From: Bigelowiella natans CCMP2755
Lineage: Eukaryota; Protista; Cercozoa
Direction of reading: 5' to 3'
Length of the DNA: 55,139 nucleotides
NCBI GenBank assembly: GCA_000320545.1
Contig: ADNK01001541.1
Location: 1 to 55,139 of the forward strand
Shown: piece by piece, positions 31,109-46,214 of the stretch
Numbering within the stretch: the first letter of the stretch is position 1
How the letters are laid out: every line of letters begins with the position of its first letter
The notes under the pieces: generated by a model
Told to the model about the DNA's origin: nothing
The model's database searches: none
The model's input: the letters and a program-made list of their open reading frames with translations, nothing else
Translations under genes and position numbers: made by a program

Positions 31109-32900
31109 TGTCATCATTATTATTATCGTCATCATCGCCATCACCATCGTCATATTCATCAACAATGCTATCTTCTTCTTCAACTCAAGAAACAGTTGTC
31201 ATCACTACAATTCCACTACTTCTAACCAACTCTCACAAGTCTTTTGATAATGTGAAATCTGCTGCCGAAGACGCTTATGATCAGGCCAGCTATAACGAGG
31301 AGAAACCTACTACTACTACTACTACTACTACTACTGCTACTACTACTACTGAGAATGATCACGATAGTAAGAGGGAAGAGAGCAAAGATGCGGCGGAAAA
31401 GAGGAAGAAGAAGAAGAAGAAGAAAAAGAAGAAAAAGATATGGAGAATCGAAAAAAGAACAGAAAGGGAACTTATCATCACAGCATCAAGGTAAAATATG
31501 AAATAATAGTGTGAATCTCCGATTTATATCAACTAAATGTATTATTTAATACAATTTTAATATCGACTGGACTCCTACTTTTTCGTGATGATGACACAGA
31601 AAAGAAGCAGCAGCAGCAGCTATTTTAAAACATAGAACTCACATTTGGATGATGATGCTACATGCTAAGAAGGACGAGTCACATCTATCTATCTTGTACT
31701 CTATATTTATTACTATTGTCATTATTATTACTATATTATTATTATTATTATTATTATAATTTTACTACTTCTCTTGGTGGTTCATATTCGATGATGATGG
31801 GGAGTGTATTTCTCCTAAAAGAATAATCTCTCTTCCTCATCATCACTTTTGTTGTATTTTTAAGCTTTATTCGTTCATATGACCCGGATATCATCACCGG
31901 ATTCGAGGTAGTAGTAGTGGTAGTAATAGTGGTAGTAGATATCAGCACAACATAGACATCTCAAATATCAGTGTGTGCGCTAATACTGCTACTACCTACT
32001 ACGATGGTATCATTCTTCAGGTTGCATCAAACGATCTGGACATTCTTTTTAGTGCTGCAGAAAAGTACGCTGTATCATCGGAAATTCGTGCAATTTCACG
32101 TGTAGCTGGAGTTTTGACAAAAGTGAGGAAGTTTCAAACATATGGAGGTAAATGGGTAAAGCAAGGGCGACGAATGAGTCATTTATCAAATGAAGAAAGC
32201 TCTTACCTTACATCGTTACATGGGAGAGTACTTTTGGATGTCAAAAGGCTTGTACAAGGAAAATATAAACTGGAAACGTATTCTCTTCAGGTAAAATAAA
32301 ACACCAAATTTAATATCAACTTACAAAATAATTTTACGCACCAGCATTAAGAAGCCATTATATATTCATTAACTAAAACAAAGCCGACAACAAAAAATAG
32401 GCTAAATAAATCTTAATTTTCAATTGATTTAGATCGTTCTCCACTATAATATCATCCTTGTAATCATCATCATCATCGTCATTGCTAGTCATGTGTAGAG
32501 GCTATACTGGAACCAAGTAGTTCAAAGCACGCTAATAAGAGTAGTCTCTCAGCGCTGTTACAGCAGCACCAGCAACAAATTCAGCAGCATTTAAAAGAGA
32601 TGAAGCCTAACACTGGACCAAATGTAATAACACCCCCCAAAATACTAGAGTACCTTCACATTCAATGAGCAAAACAGAAGAAGAAGAAGAAGAAGAAGAA
32701 GAAGGAGAAGAAGCTTACAATGAATAACCCTAATGAATGATAGATAATCATGTTCCAGGGATTAGGTATCTTTAATAAGACTAGTAGTTAGTAGCAGTAG
32801 TAGCAGTAGTAGTAGGAGTAGTATGAACAGCTGTAACGACCAGCCAATAAATCATCTGTTAACCCCAAACCTAATACAACTACTACTACTACTCGTAGGA

Positions 32901-32931
<31 letters not shown>

Positions 32932-33562
32932 CCACCACCATCATCATCGTGGTCGTCATGGAACATAGAGTCTGCTATTCTTCGTGCTCAAGCTGCGCTT
33001 ATGATGTTAAAAAAATTGAAGGTGAAAAATTCACTAATCTGATGAATTGAAGATGTATATGAGCAAGTTATAATCAGCAACAACAGCAACACTGTTACGA
33101 AAAACATCATACCAATACCTAGTATCAGCACAACTCTTTAGATTACTTGTAGTGTAAAGAGTACAAGGAGATAAGCGCTCTATTTTTCCTTCCTTCTAAA
33201 TATTGTTGATATATTAGTCTATCATGGATACTGTAGAGTTAGGCAGAGCAACCGGTTATCACCATCACCATCACAATTTTCATCATCATCACCACCACCA
33301 CTATCACCACCACCACCACCACCACCATCATCATCATCAGAATATAATGATAATAGGCATTGAGATCATAATACCTTACTATGTGGTGGTGGTGATGATG
33401 ATAGAGATGCTGGTGATAATGGTGATGGTAAAAAGCAATAAAACTTTTGTAAATGTATTATTTCATACTACTAGCTTCATTAATGGTAGCAGTTTAGTGA
33501 TAGTAGCGATCATAGGTAATATTAGTGCATGTATGCGTTTCTGTGGTGTCTGTTGTTGCACG

Positions 33563-33602
<40 letters not shown>

Positions 33603-34900
33603 ATATGTCAATGGTGTAGCCCTCCCCCCCCTCCTCCTTCTCCTACTCACTAGAGATAAATGTAAACAGTAAGGAGGAGGAGGGGGAGGAGGCATACATA
33701 ATCGATTTTTTTGCTACTACTGAGTCATTAGTGTGGTGAGTAGTGAAGTGTGATTAGTGTAATACGCAATACCAGCTTCTATTGGACATGATAATCTTTT
33801 CATTGATTCTATTATTACCAACATCATCACCATCGTTATCAATCAATAATACACATACATTATTTATGACATATCACAGGATTAACTCTTGAATCTGTGT
33901 GGACAAAAGGTGCTAATTGCCTACGTGCTTGTATGTTCCATTTTTTGTTCAATTATATTTAATGAGTCAATCATAAGCAAATATTAATGAGAGGATGATA
34001 TATTTTCTGACTGACAAACTGAATATTGTTTTCGCATGATAAAATTATGAAACAGAGAACTGTTCACGACTCAGTTTTGTACGTAGAAACAAGGGATGAT
34101 GATGATGATGATGATAATGATGATGATCTCGCACTATTTTTGGAATTCAGTCATTTTTAAAGAGTTGAAACTGATTTGAACGATAGTTGTTTAGAAGATT
34201 TACATAAATGATAAAATTGATAAGGCGTGCACTATACCTACATACTCCTCACCAATAGGACAACTAGCACGAGTTTGGTCGTTGCTCTTACGAGAATGCA
34301 GGTTTTTAGCATATTAAAAGAGAAAGAATATTGCACCAGTAGTCCAATTTTCAAATTTATTGATGATGATGATAATAATGATGATAATGATGATAATGAT
34401 GATCATGATGCTGATTGTGGTTGTGGTGGTGGTTACAATAGTGATGACACAAATGATGGGATACAGTCAAAACAGTATAAAATTACTTATTAGCACACCA
34501 TATCAAATTATCTTCTGCTTCCGTTTCTCTCGTCAACTTTGCTTTAATTTTTGAATTTATTCTCTTTTTCTGATTCATTCAGATAATTTATTAGAAAAAA
34601 GCTGAGTGTTGTTTTAGTACTGCGAATGCTAGCCCTGTAGACTTCTTCTCCACCCATGTTTGCCAAGAAGTCACTATAATTCCTCCATTCACCGGAATTT
34701 TGTCTTTGTATATAACAGGAAATTAATATAATTGCATGGAATTTCTTCATTCTTATTTTTGAATATTACTCATCCATTTACAAAGGAAACAAAAGATTCT
34801 CGTCAACGACAGATCAAACGGGGGTTCTAACAGTGGAGGAGGAGGAGTAGGTGGTACCGTTATTGTTGCCTCCTCGATGCACATTATCTGTCTTAAGTTT

Positions 34901-34950
<50 letters not shown>

Positions 34951-35153
34951 ATCTTCTTATCGCACGAGAGGGATTCACAACAAAAGGCTTTGACTTCTTG
35001 ATAAATCCACCGTTTCGGTTTATAATGTTCCCCTCCTCCTCTTTCACCTCCTTCTTCTATAAAAATAGGGGGAGCACGTTTGGAGGTGGGACCTTTGGTT
35101 CTTGATTGCGTAAAGTAAGTAGAATAATCAGTAGGAATTATGTTCAGTATTTA

Positions 35154-35186
<33 letters not shown>

Positions 35187-35670
35187 TGATATTTGATTTC
35201 TCGAAACAGCTAAATATCAACCACTTATGATATAGTGATTTCACTGTTATAGACCTTAGTTCAAGGTATTGAATAAAGTAATTTTCAAAGAGTATTTAAT
35301 TTATTGATAGCTGATAAATGTGATGCAATAAACCTTTGGCTGACAAGTATTCTTTGTGTCATCGCCAATTTTGAATTATAAGCGCTCTACATACGACTGG
35401 CTTGCATTTGGATCCTGTGGTACTACGTGCTTCATCACACACACACACACACACACAAACACTGATACGAACATGTGGCTTATGCTTCATCCTGTAATAA
35501 TAGAATATGTCACTAGACAAATATCTACCTGTTTACCACATAGCAACTTACAAACAAAATCAAAACATCCTTCACAGTAGCTAAAGATGCAGCATTTAAC
35601 GTTCCCTGTTCTCCAGAAAACTTTAATATACTTCTGTTTTCATCGCATTGTTGATTGAATCAGGTTGTGC

Positions 35671-35704
<34 letters not shown>

Positions 35705-36854
35705 AGCGCACAATATATGCTTTTCGACGCTGATTGGTGGAGATTGCAAGCGCAGACAACCTGGAGGAGGTGTGAATAATAAGTAGATAGGACACAAATG
35801 CTATCAAATTCCAAAAAAAGGTGTCATCTTATAGAAATACAATGTCCGTATAGAAGTGTAAATCTTGCCATGTATTTTTGGGCTACTTATTAATCATCTT
35901 TAACATGATAACTACTATTTCTACTATTTATTTACATGCTCTGATCAGAATACGAAGCACCTGTCAAATTCCTTATGAATATAGGTCGGTTAAAATAGTT
36001 TTTTATGAATAATGCATGCAGTTGAAGCATGCAGTTGAAAACAATGTGTATCAACATCGAAAAGCAGCCGGTCATGTGACAAATAAAGATAATATATCAG
36101 GCAATCTTTCTGGGGATTACAAAGAGGGTGGTTTATCATAGTGCTGATAATAAATAAATGAGTAATATTGATCTTATTCTTGGGGCAATTGGTCATTATC
36201 AATAATAATGATTATATAACGCTTGTGGTAGCAAAGAGGGTTCGTGATAGTGATAAAAATGATGAGGATGAGTAATGATGTTCATGGCAATGTCGATTAC
36301 ATGAATGGGTACTAATTTAAATATGATGTAGGTAAGACGGGAAAAGAAGGGGGAATTTTTCAGGAGGTAGAAATATAGGGAGTTTCCCCTCAGCAGATAG
36401 AAATGAAGAAAATAAATGAGTAACGGGATAAGGGTTAAAAAGACGTGTGTGGAGAGAATAGATTAATCTTTTATGCCGGAAAACGGGATATTTCCCTAAG
36501 ATTTCATCAAAATAGGCAAATAGGCCAGTTCATTCAAAAAATATACTGAATTCGACCAGGATTGTCTTTCTGCCTATGAAAATACATAATATGTTGTACT
36601 TTGTTTCTCATAGTTAAAATATTTCCTTCTTCTCTCTATTATTTATCTGAAGATATGTTCAAACCCACAAGCTGCCTCACGTGGAGCTAAACGCTACAGA
36701 TTTGCCTCTAAACCGGTTGGAGTGCTACCTGGTACTGCCGAAATTTTTGTTAGATTATCAACTGACTGTTATCATACCGATCGAAAATAAAGAACTTCAA
36801 AGTGCTCAATATGATTAACTTACAAGTTCACTGTGCCAAACACTCATGTCATCT

Positions 36855-36894
<40 letters not shown>

Positions 36895-38206
36895 ATTTAT
36901 ATATCGTCGTCGTTATTTATTGTAATCACTATTCTTAGTGATTCTACGACAACTTCTCAATGCACGAGGGGCTGTCAAGGTAGTAAATTGTTCTACTTTG
37001 AGTTCTGAATTGATTACAACATAGTTGGTTTTGCTAGAAACAGTTAAAGAACGCTAAATCACCGGCTGAGAAGCTCATCTTTGATGCAAGGCAAAAAGCT
37101 TTGAAAGTATGTGTCAAAGGATAATATAAATTATGCACATATATCTGGTTAAACAACAGAAAAGTATTTGCTGCTGTCAGTTGTCCAAACTTTGTTACTA
37201 TCATGTTAGCTTTCGTTAACCCCTATCTATTTAGTTGATTCTGTAAAGATTTTATGTATAACTCTGGTACCATGTTATTCTTTATTCAGTAACATGAAAT
37301 TTAAATCAAATTCAATTTAGGTATGCGCTAATGCTGTGTATGGATTTACAGGAACAAACGCCTCCAAAGTATTATGTGTCATTATTAATACTTAAAACTA
37401 TCATTTGCCGAAGATAATGCCAATTATGAAAGAATTGTCAAAATTTAAAGCTGTATCATTAATATGTATTTGTTAATTATAGATTTTAATAGGATAACGA
37501 ATCATGAATTTTGAAAGGACAATATTTTTTAAAAAGACTGATAATATGGCGATGCATTTTATCTCCCCAATTTTATTCGATTAATAATAAAATTTTACTT
37601 GAACTCGGTTCATTAGAAGCATTTATAGATGTGAAGATAATTCAAAGTATGATTTCTAACCTTTAGGTATTTGTTCCTGCTCTTGCGGAGACGGTTTTGA
37701 TGACTGGGGTATGTAATGTGAAAATACAAAATGAAACATAACGTATTACATTAAATATCAATCAGGTTTCTCAGCTTTTAAAAGCAGCAATGACAGCAAA
37801 TACAGTTGGACATCAGGTGGACTAATCTTTAATTTCATTTTATTCACAATAATAATAGGCTTTCAACTTCGATATTAATTTTTGAATAAGAGTTGCGCTG
37901 TAATAGCGATTCTAATTTTAAATTCAATGATTGAAGTATACTACATTCTACTGTGACATAATTATCATTTATAATCTGATTCCTCCTTTTTATAAATGTA
38001 ATCAATCTTACGCAATCCTTAGTAGAAGAATTTAAATTTTAATGAAAAGGTCATTTACGGAGATACCGACTCTATAATGATAAAATGCCTTGGTCAAACC
38101 ATTGAAGAGGCTAAGGCGACAGGAAAAAGACTCTCAACGAAGATTTCTTCATTATTTCCAGAGTATATATATCAATTAACTGTAGGAGATAAAAAACAGT
38201 AATTTG

Positions 38207-38274
<68 letters not shown>

Positions 38275-40582
38275 TTTTATATATAGTAGGCACATAATCA
38301 TCGACAATGTGTCCGATGACTATGCCAATGTGTAGATCTGGGGTGGGATGCAAATGCTTATATATATTACAAATGTATATATATATATATATATTTTGGT
38401 GTGTGTGCGCGGTATTGTTTAAAAAATCTTGCAAAATATATATAAACCTTATTTTGAAGATAAGTGTAGAGTGTATGGTATTAGATTTTATAATATCTAG
38501 TAGAAGAGAAATTTAAGGGAATGGCTTATAACTCTAAAAATATTTTTTTAGACCTTGCTCATTAAAGCTAGAGTCGATCTTTCTACCGTTCTTACTGCAG
38601 CATAACAAGCATTATGCAGGAGCCGAAAGTGCTGAATTGACTATAAAAGGAATGGAGGCAGTTTCAAGAGGGACGTTACCGGTGTGTCCAAATATAACAG
38701 AATTTTGGAGTATGAGAGTTATCGATTGGACAAAATTGAAATAAAGTTTTATTTCCGTATCATACAACTGTATGTTTACAAGTATCATAAATTTTTTAGC
38801 CAAAATTCAGTCTTGAATACATCTGAAGGTTTTACATTATCACAAAAATAAATTAGGTACTGCGTACTCTCTATAACGAAATATTGGAAAACATTCTTCT
38901 TGCTAAAGGAGTATGCCTATTTTAAAAAATTGATCACCTTAATTTGTTTTTAATTATTTGTTTTTAAAAATATTATTTCAAGAAGAAGCAAACCCCGTTG
39001 GATCAATGTACATTGTTAGAAAAACAAAAAGCAATCAAAGCTGCAGTGGAAAAATCGATCACTCGTGTGTTACAAATTGGCACTAATATTTTGAAGGGTA
39101 TGAATTTAGTTCGCTTTTCCTGCAATTAGAATTTGTGAATTCTTTAGAATGTTTATAAAACACTTAGGTCGTATAGATACAGCTGAGTTAGTTCTATCAA
39201 GGGCATTGTGGATGGATGATACCGATAATTCCAAGGTTGTATTACATTTATAACTATCTTTCTAATTTCCCCCCAAGATTCAATAAATAGATCTTTTACT
39301 TATAACAAACTTTTTAAATATTTTCAAAGGATAATAGTCCAGGAAAGGCAATGGGTATGTGAGATTTTTTATTTTCACAACAATTGGAAAGCTATGAATT
39401 TTACATTGAGAAAAGTATATATTATCGGGTTTCATATTTTCTATATGATTGAATGTTCCAAAGTAAATGAGCGAACACTACATAACAAGAAAAACTTTAA
39501 CATTAAAATCAAAGTGCTTATCAAAGAAACTAGACACTCCTAATGATAATTAGGGCAGTATACTGTTTCGCAGCCCCACGTGTATGTTGCGAACAAACGC
39601 AGAAAAAGGTTATAATAAGGATGATTGACATGTTATATTGATGATTTATAATGTAGAGAAATTCGAAGATAAAATGATAGTTTTCAACATAAAATTTATT
39701 ACGAAATTAGGGTATTTTATTAAATATCAATCTACATTATATTCTAATATAGAAGTTTATTAAAATTAAAGCCAACAAACATATTTTAATGTTCCTATAT
39801 GAGTTGAAATGTTTTTGTTTATTTAAAACAACAGAGGGGAAAGAATCCGCAAAGGAGAACGAATATCATATGTACTTGTCCATCCTAAATCTGGATCATC
39901 CAAACAATGGGAAATGGCTGAGGTATTTTTACTGCTGAATATAGTTATACTAATGACAGTCATGAACATTCTTAAAGAACTTCCTCTTCTATTGATCATA
40001 TTTGATTATATAATGTAATTTTTTTATTACACATAACTTTGATAAAAAAACAATTTTAGGATCCTAAATATGCTTTCGAACACCAGCTTCCGTTAAATTT
40101 CAGGCACTATGTTGACAATCTTCTTATTGGTAACATATCATTGTACTGTATTGATTCTGATGTAAATCACAATGTAACAAAAAAATTATTTTATCTATTT
40201 GAGGTATCCCAATAAAAATTATCAAACATTACTGAATCAATTATTGAATTTTTAGCTTTGATTTTACGGTTATTATTCCATCTGGTTGCTGTTATCTATT
40301 AATTAACCCCCCGAATAAAAGGGAAACAAAACTTTTTTTAGGGACATAAATTCACATACCTAATTTGCATTAGGTCCCTTAAAACGACTTTTTCAGCTTC
40401 CTGGTCTTCTTGGTATTTATTGTCTAACGATTTTTTTTTAACAGTTGAATTATCTGTTTTTAATATGAAATTGTATCTTAAAAATAATTAATTATCAAAG
40501 TTGAAGAAAACTTTTGAATTTTAGGAAAGCCTATATCTCGGACAATGCAGCCATTGGTTCATGATTTTAACGTGTAGCTGCG

Positions 40583-40618
<36 letters not shown>

Positions 40619-40943
40619 CGCGCTGGCGCCTTAATAATGTTAAAAATAAAATGAATAAATTCTAATAAAGCAAGCAGAATTTGATGGAATCCAATGAGTG
40701 TTAGGTATAGTATTAAGATGTTTTATACTTTAAGGAAAAAGAACGTCAAAAAAGTTCAAATCGTAAAGCATCTGAACAGGCTTTCATACCTTTGAAGCAT
40801 ATCGGAGAAAAGGTATTTTGAATCCTTTTTTCATCCATCCAATTCACTTGATTGTTCATAATATAATTCAAACATAGATTAATTTTTCTCCGTCACGAAG
40901 AGGAATTGGACGTTTTTTAAGACCGAAGCCTCGACGTAAGTAG
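27638..40943 (+). CDS. Family B DNA polymerase catalytic subunit, divergent Pol-delta-like paralog with N-terminal RanBP2-type zinc finger
   Basis: RFMADNNISGGKWI, YDPDIITGFE, GRVLLDV..KYKLETYSL, region II VLDFSSMYPSIMIAHNICFSTL (35664-), region III DARQKALK-VCANAVYGFTG (~37080-37350), region I VIYGDTDSIMIK (~38050), IKGMEAVSRG, QPHVYVA, GERISYV, AEDPKY..YVDNLLIGPLKRLF. Stop at 40941-40943. N-terminal CPRCTFRNPQNATRCRMC. Confidence 0.9.
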
Positions 40944-41349
40944 AGGGAGTAGCTTTCCATGGTAATGATCATGTGCATGAAAACTTTGTTCCGGATGATA
41001 AACATGATCAAATCGATTTCTTTTGATACAATGTGAACTATTCAAATTGAAAAATGTTTAATTTTCCCCGTTTTCTACATATTTGTAAGCCAACAAACGA
41101 TGAATAAATATCCCAATAAACCTTTCGTTAGTGGAATGCACTCCTCGTGCTTAGCCCTGAATTACATCGAAATAGGACATTTCTTCAATTTGAGTGAATG
41201 AACATGTATTTGCCGAATTCTTGTTTTTTGTCACGCCCGGCAGCGTGGTTTTTTGGTACACAAACGAGATGGTTAGAGCTCTCTTGACAATAATCTGTGC
41301 TGTTAAAATCTTGAAATAGGAAACAGACAGCTCTTAATTAGGAGTAATG

Positions 41350-42470
41350 CATGCAAGATGATCACCGCCACAAGCGACGAAGTGGTGATTTTAGGAAAGA
41401 CTTGGTGTTGTTTTTGCGGCACATGCTTGCATGCGTGCATCATCTAGCCATGACGTACTCCCATACAGCACCAAAACCGGTTCGTCAGCTAGCTGTTCAA
41501 ACTCGATGACATTATTAATTGTGCAGCAGTCTGGACGTGCATGCATGCAGCTGACGCACACCAATAATGATCGATGACATGCGCAACCAATGATGAGGAG
41601 CTGTGGCTTGTTGCATGTAGTGCACCAGTGCACGACATGCTGATGATAGAAAAGAAATTCTCACATGCCTGAATGCGGCTAATCATCGCACTCATCAGCA
41701 TTGCTAGATTGCAACAGGCTTACATGTGCTCGTCGTCACTTGACATGCAGATTTAGCACAACTAGGCGAAACCCGGGAATTTTCATGGCGGAAATGTGAA
41801 GCCCAGTCATCAATGAGTTTCTTGAACTAGCAGTGATCTAGTGATGAGTGCATGATCTCCACAGATCTAGTGCATGTTCATGAATGAAAATGGATCAATG
41901 TGGCGCAGTGCTGTGGTGCCACAATGGCGGCACACGCAGCATGTACGTCTAGATGTCCATGACATTGGGCATGCTGCATGTGCTGCAGTGTGTGTTGTCT
42001 TGCATGCAATGCACGCATGTGCAAAATCAACAGAGTCCGCAAGGAAAATTTGATTGTGGACACAGTAATGGCACACATGTTATGCACATGGCATTGCATG
42101 CCTGTTGTGCATGTGAGGAAATTAAGTACAGCTGTGGAATTCAATTTTTTTTTGTGCACTGCTAGACTGATCATGGACACAGTAATGGTACACGTATCAT
42201 ATGTGTGGTATTACATGTCTATTATTTTAATGCACAAAACTTTGCACAAAGTGCACATCTAATGACATGCTAGGATGTGCACGAGCCCACGTTGTTAGAC
42301 ATTTGGTCTGTGTAATGTCTAGATGTTTGACATGTTGTCTAGATGGTATGTGTGGTCTTTCTTCACTAGTTCACTTGCAAGCACGGCGGTGATCGAGTGA
42401 CTACACGCTCCGCTCTCGCGTACGCACGTAGTCATTTTTCATGCGCGCATGCATACATACTCTAGCTATA
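41350..42470. other. Partially TpA-depleted intergenic block
   Basis: Rich in TGCA/CATG/GCAC. Some non-CTAG TpA remain, but 14 CTAG were counted in ~1.1 kb. Lies between two convergent gene ends. Confidence 0.7.
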
Positions 42471-42594
42471 CAACCGTGAACAGGTGGACTACACCAAATA
42501 CTTAACGAATATTTCTAGATTGGATTTTTAAATATCAAACATTGTTTTTATTTCCATGCTGAGTAAAAGCCATCAATTATTGCTTTCATCTAAA

Positions 42595-43325
42595 TTATTC
42601 TTCTTTGGAATCAAGTTGCATCGATTTGGCCTCATGAACCATAGAACTTGAGGAGGCAATAGTTGATGCGGTTGATCGTCTTTCACTCACTGAATGTGTC
42701 GTAGTAGGCACATCATCATCCTCGTCCTTAGCAAATGTTTCTTTAGCTTTTTGATCAAATCAAATAGTAGGAGGAGTAGGATGAGGAGTAGGAGGAGGAG
42801 GAATAATGCATCATCATACACGGGGAGGAGAGACTAAAGGATTTGATGAAACCGCTCACATTTATCTTCAGACATGTGACTACGAAAGGCATATTTATTG
42901 GTATTAATTACTACCGCTCATTTACTAAACAGTTTTATTATTTGTTTTCCAAAATCCATCATCATAGAAGAGTGGGGGGAGGGAAGAGGAAATATCATGT
43001 GGTAGAGACAGGTTATGAAAAAGATGAATATATTTGATGTGTGAGTGAAATACAATCCAGATGATTCAAATCCAAATTACCATGTTGTTGATGCAACAAC
43101 ACATCGTCACGATCAAGTGTATTGATTAGCAAAACATTATATGTGTGTATATGTGAATAAGTAGGCATCATTATCATTCCCACCATCATCATCATCATCA
43201 TCATTATTGGGGTGGGTGTTCATCATACCCATTATACCCATCATCGGTACACCACCACCACCACCACCACCACCACCACCACCAACCAGTCGGTCAGCAG
43301 CACTGCATTGTAACAAGATATTTAC

Positions 43326-43359
<34 letters not shown>

Positions 43360-43909
43360 GTCTTTGTTGTTGTTGATGTTGTTGTTGTAGTTTCTTACCG
43401 CATCGCATGCTGCCATCAGCATCCATAACGAATTTCTTGTAATCACAATCCAGTGACTTGATTAAAGGCTCTTCCACACAATAATCAACGAAGAAACACG
43501 CCCCCCTTCTAAGGAGTTTCACACCACCAAACTTGGACTTGAAGTATTGGTCATTGTAAATGCGAATTCCAACCATAATGTGGAGGAAGGAGATCACATG
43601 TATCCAAAATACCTTGAAGAAGAAGAAGAAGAAGAAAAAGAGGATTTGTGACAAAAAGAGGGAAGAGACCAGCTATCACCATTAATTTAATCAAAATCTC
43701 CTCAGGCAGCACAAGCACAAGAACGTGGGAAATGAATCACGCCATCTTCTTCTTCTTCTATTATATTAGCAGTACTAGAAGTACTAGTAGTAGTACTGCT
43801 GCATCGTCTCTGTATATTAAGTAAAATATTAGTAGTGGTAGTAGTAGTAGTAGTAGTCTATTGTTGATATCTTCTTCAAACACACACACACATACACACA
43901 CACACACAT

Positions 43910-43966
<57 letters not shown>

Positions 43967-44190
43967 CAATAGCTGCTAGAATATGCTACTATTAACTGAT
44001 TGACACACTGAATGACTATCAATACATTCGATTGCTACTGTTGACATACTCTATCATAATGACTGTATTAGACTAACTTCTTCTCACCGTTTCAACCAAA
44101 TAGAACAATTCACTTCGTGACGGAGAGATGGAAATTTGAGCTGTTAAATTATTCATCACCAAGAAACCACATTAGAACAAAGAGAGAAAG

Positions 44191-44270
<80 letters not shown>

Positions 44271-44420
44271 AAAAGTGAAAGAGGAAAGGGGGGGTTGTGT
44301 AGAAGGAACGAAGGAAGGAAGAAAGGAGTAAAAATATCAGATAAAGATCTAATACAAAAATCCGATGATTAATTACGACTCATGATTCTTTGTTTCATTC
44401 GTTATGTTTACCACACTACG

Positions 44421-44453
<33 letters not shown>

Positions 44454-44521
44454 GCCACTACTCACATTGTTCTACTACTGGGTAAAAGTGCAGATAAATA
44501 GACACAGGATAGTAGTAGTAA

Positions 44522-44553
<32 letters not shown>

Positions 44554-46214
44554 TTTTTAGTAACTGCTTAATTGTATCAAATGTGATATTAGGAGGTGTT
44601 TGTTGATATATTATTACAGATAGCATTCCCCTTTCCGTTTCTAATGTCTGGATCTCCTAGTGGCACGCTCATTAACCAGACAGCTGCAATAACTATCATC
44701 CCAACTTCAGCTACCAAAGAACAATAGTAGAAATACGTATGAAGATGCCAGCTGTGAAAGAGAGAGATAGTAAATCCATTTTTCTCCCTTCGAACAATGT
44801 GACGGCGTCCACGCATCTGACCGTTGACTCCCAAGCAAAACCACGCAAGTGGCAAACAGATGACACTAATCGCTGAGAGCGAAAGCATTGCTACACCAAG
44901 AGCAAAGGAGTAGTCATCATAGGTAGGATGGATGTTTAGATCTACCCAACTAACGAATTTCATCATCGCCAATGCCTCACATACGTAGAATGGGAAAAAT
45001 GTGAGCATAATAAGACTCCTGCTGTCTGTTCTCCACCAGCATCCAGTCTTATCACGACATCCAAAGAGGAATCTTCCTCTCACACAACAACCAAACTTGG
45101 GACCGTCATCTTTACATGTAACAAAGAGGGGCAGACATATTGCAAATCCCATTAGTCCCAACAAGATACCAGCAAGAACTCTCGCTGCTATCCAGCCTTT
45201 TCCTGAAACGTAAATGTTGTCGACACAAGCCTAATAATAACATATATAGTAGCATAATAATAATTAATAATAATAATGATAATAATGATAGTAAAACACG
45301 TCAGATGATGGTCAACAGCAAGAATAACAAAGTTATTATGATATTCCCTAAATCATAATTTACCTTCCCATAGATGCACACCTTAATCATCATAATCATC
45401 ATCATCATCGTCATCATCATCTCCTACCGATTGTTTGGCATTTTCGACGTAAGTCCATTTCCACCCTTCCCATTGCTCCCCTTGATTACAGTTGCAGCAA
45501 AAAACCTGAACAAATAAAGGCTGCATAAGGCTATGATTACGATTGGACTTAAGCTTCCCTATTAGAATCACTAAGAATTGAATGTTGTTTCGGTATCATC
45601 ATGACCCACCCCTGCTGAAAGGCTGTCCTCCACTGAATGTTCATGGACTGAACACGGGGGTTCCGTTGCACCTTCTACGCGATAGTACCTAAAAGTTATA
45701 TATGAAATTTATTTATTGAAACTTGGACATGTATAGTATAATATTATAATCAACTCGTAACGATTCTTATACTCACTGTTGTTTTCAAGCTACTACATAC
45801 AAATGATGGTGATTCAACGTGGGCATTACCCCAAGCTGCAACTAACAAAGGTATCTCCGATAGCTTGATCCATTTTAATAAGTCTTTCGGATGAATATTC
45901 TACATATCTTTGTCGCTGTGCCCCATCAACAGCGGTCACAAGATTCTCTTCCATTACGGTTTGTGAACGGTTTTCCAATGGTGACTGCATAAAGAATATC
46001 AGTACCATCATTATAACCAACCCACGCAGAAGCAATATCTAAATATCAATATTGTCACTTCTCCAAGCTTATAAATTATCATCCTCTTCTCTAAGCTGAT
46101 AGAAATGACCGGGGTTTCCCTATCAATAGTGGATGCTTCTTTCCCCAGAAGATTATGACTCCAGCTAGCCAATGTTGCATTTACAACGATAATAAGTACT
46201 AGAAGCGCGCGCAT
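42595..46214 (-). CDS. Unknown multi-exon membrane protein (signal peptide, Cys-containing ectodomain, several TM helices)
   Basis: MRALLVLIIVVNATLA signal-like start. Long exon 44589-45230 has 4 hydrophobic segments, followed by exon VFWIHVISFLHIMVGIRIY. The last exon ends SSSSMVHEAKSMQLDSKEE-stop (42595-42597). Confidence 0.6.

Noticed and set aside
27638-40943. Calling the polymerase viral/Polinton or assigning the POLD1 or REV3 symbol
   Set aside because: It has many spliceosomal introns and is not a protein-primed type. Its divergence from both canonical subunits makes orthology uncertain without a phylogeny.
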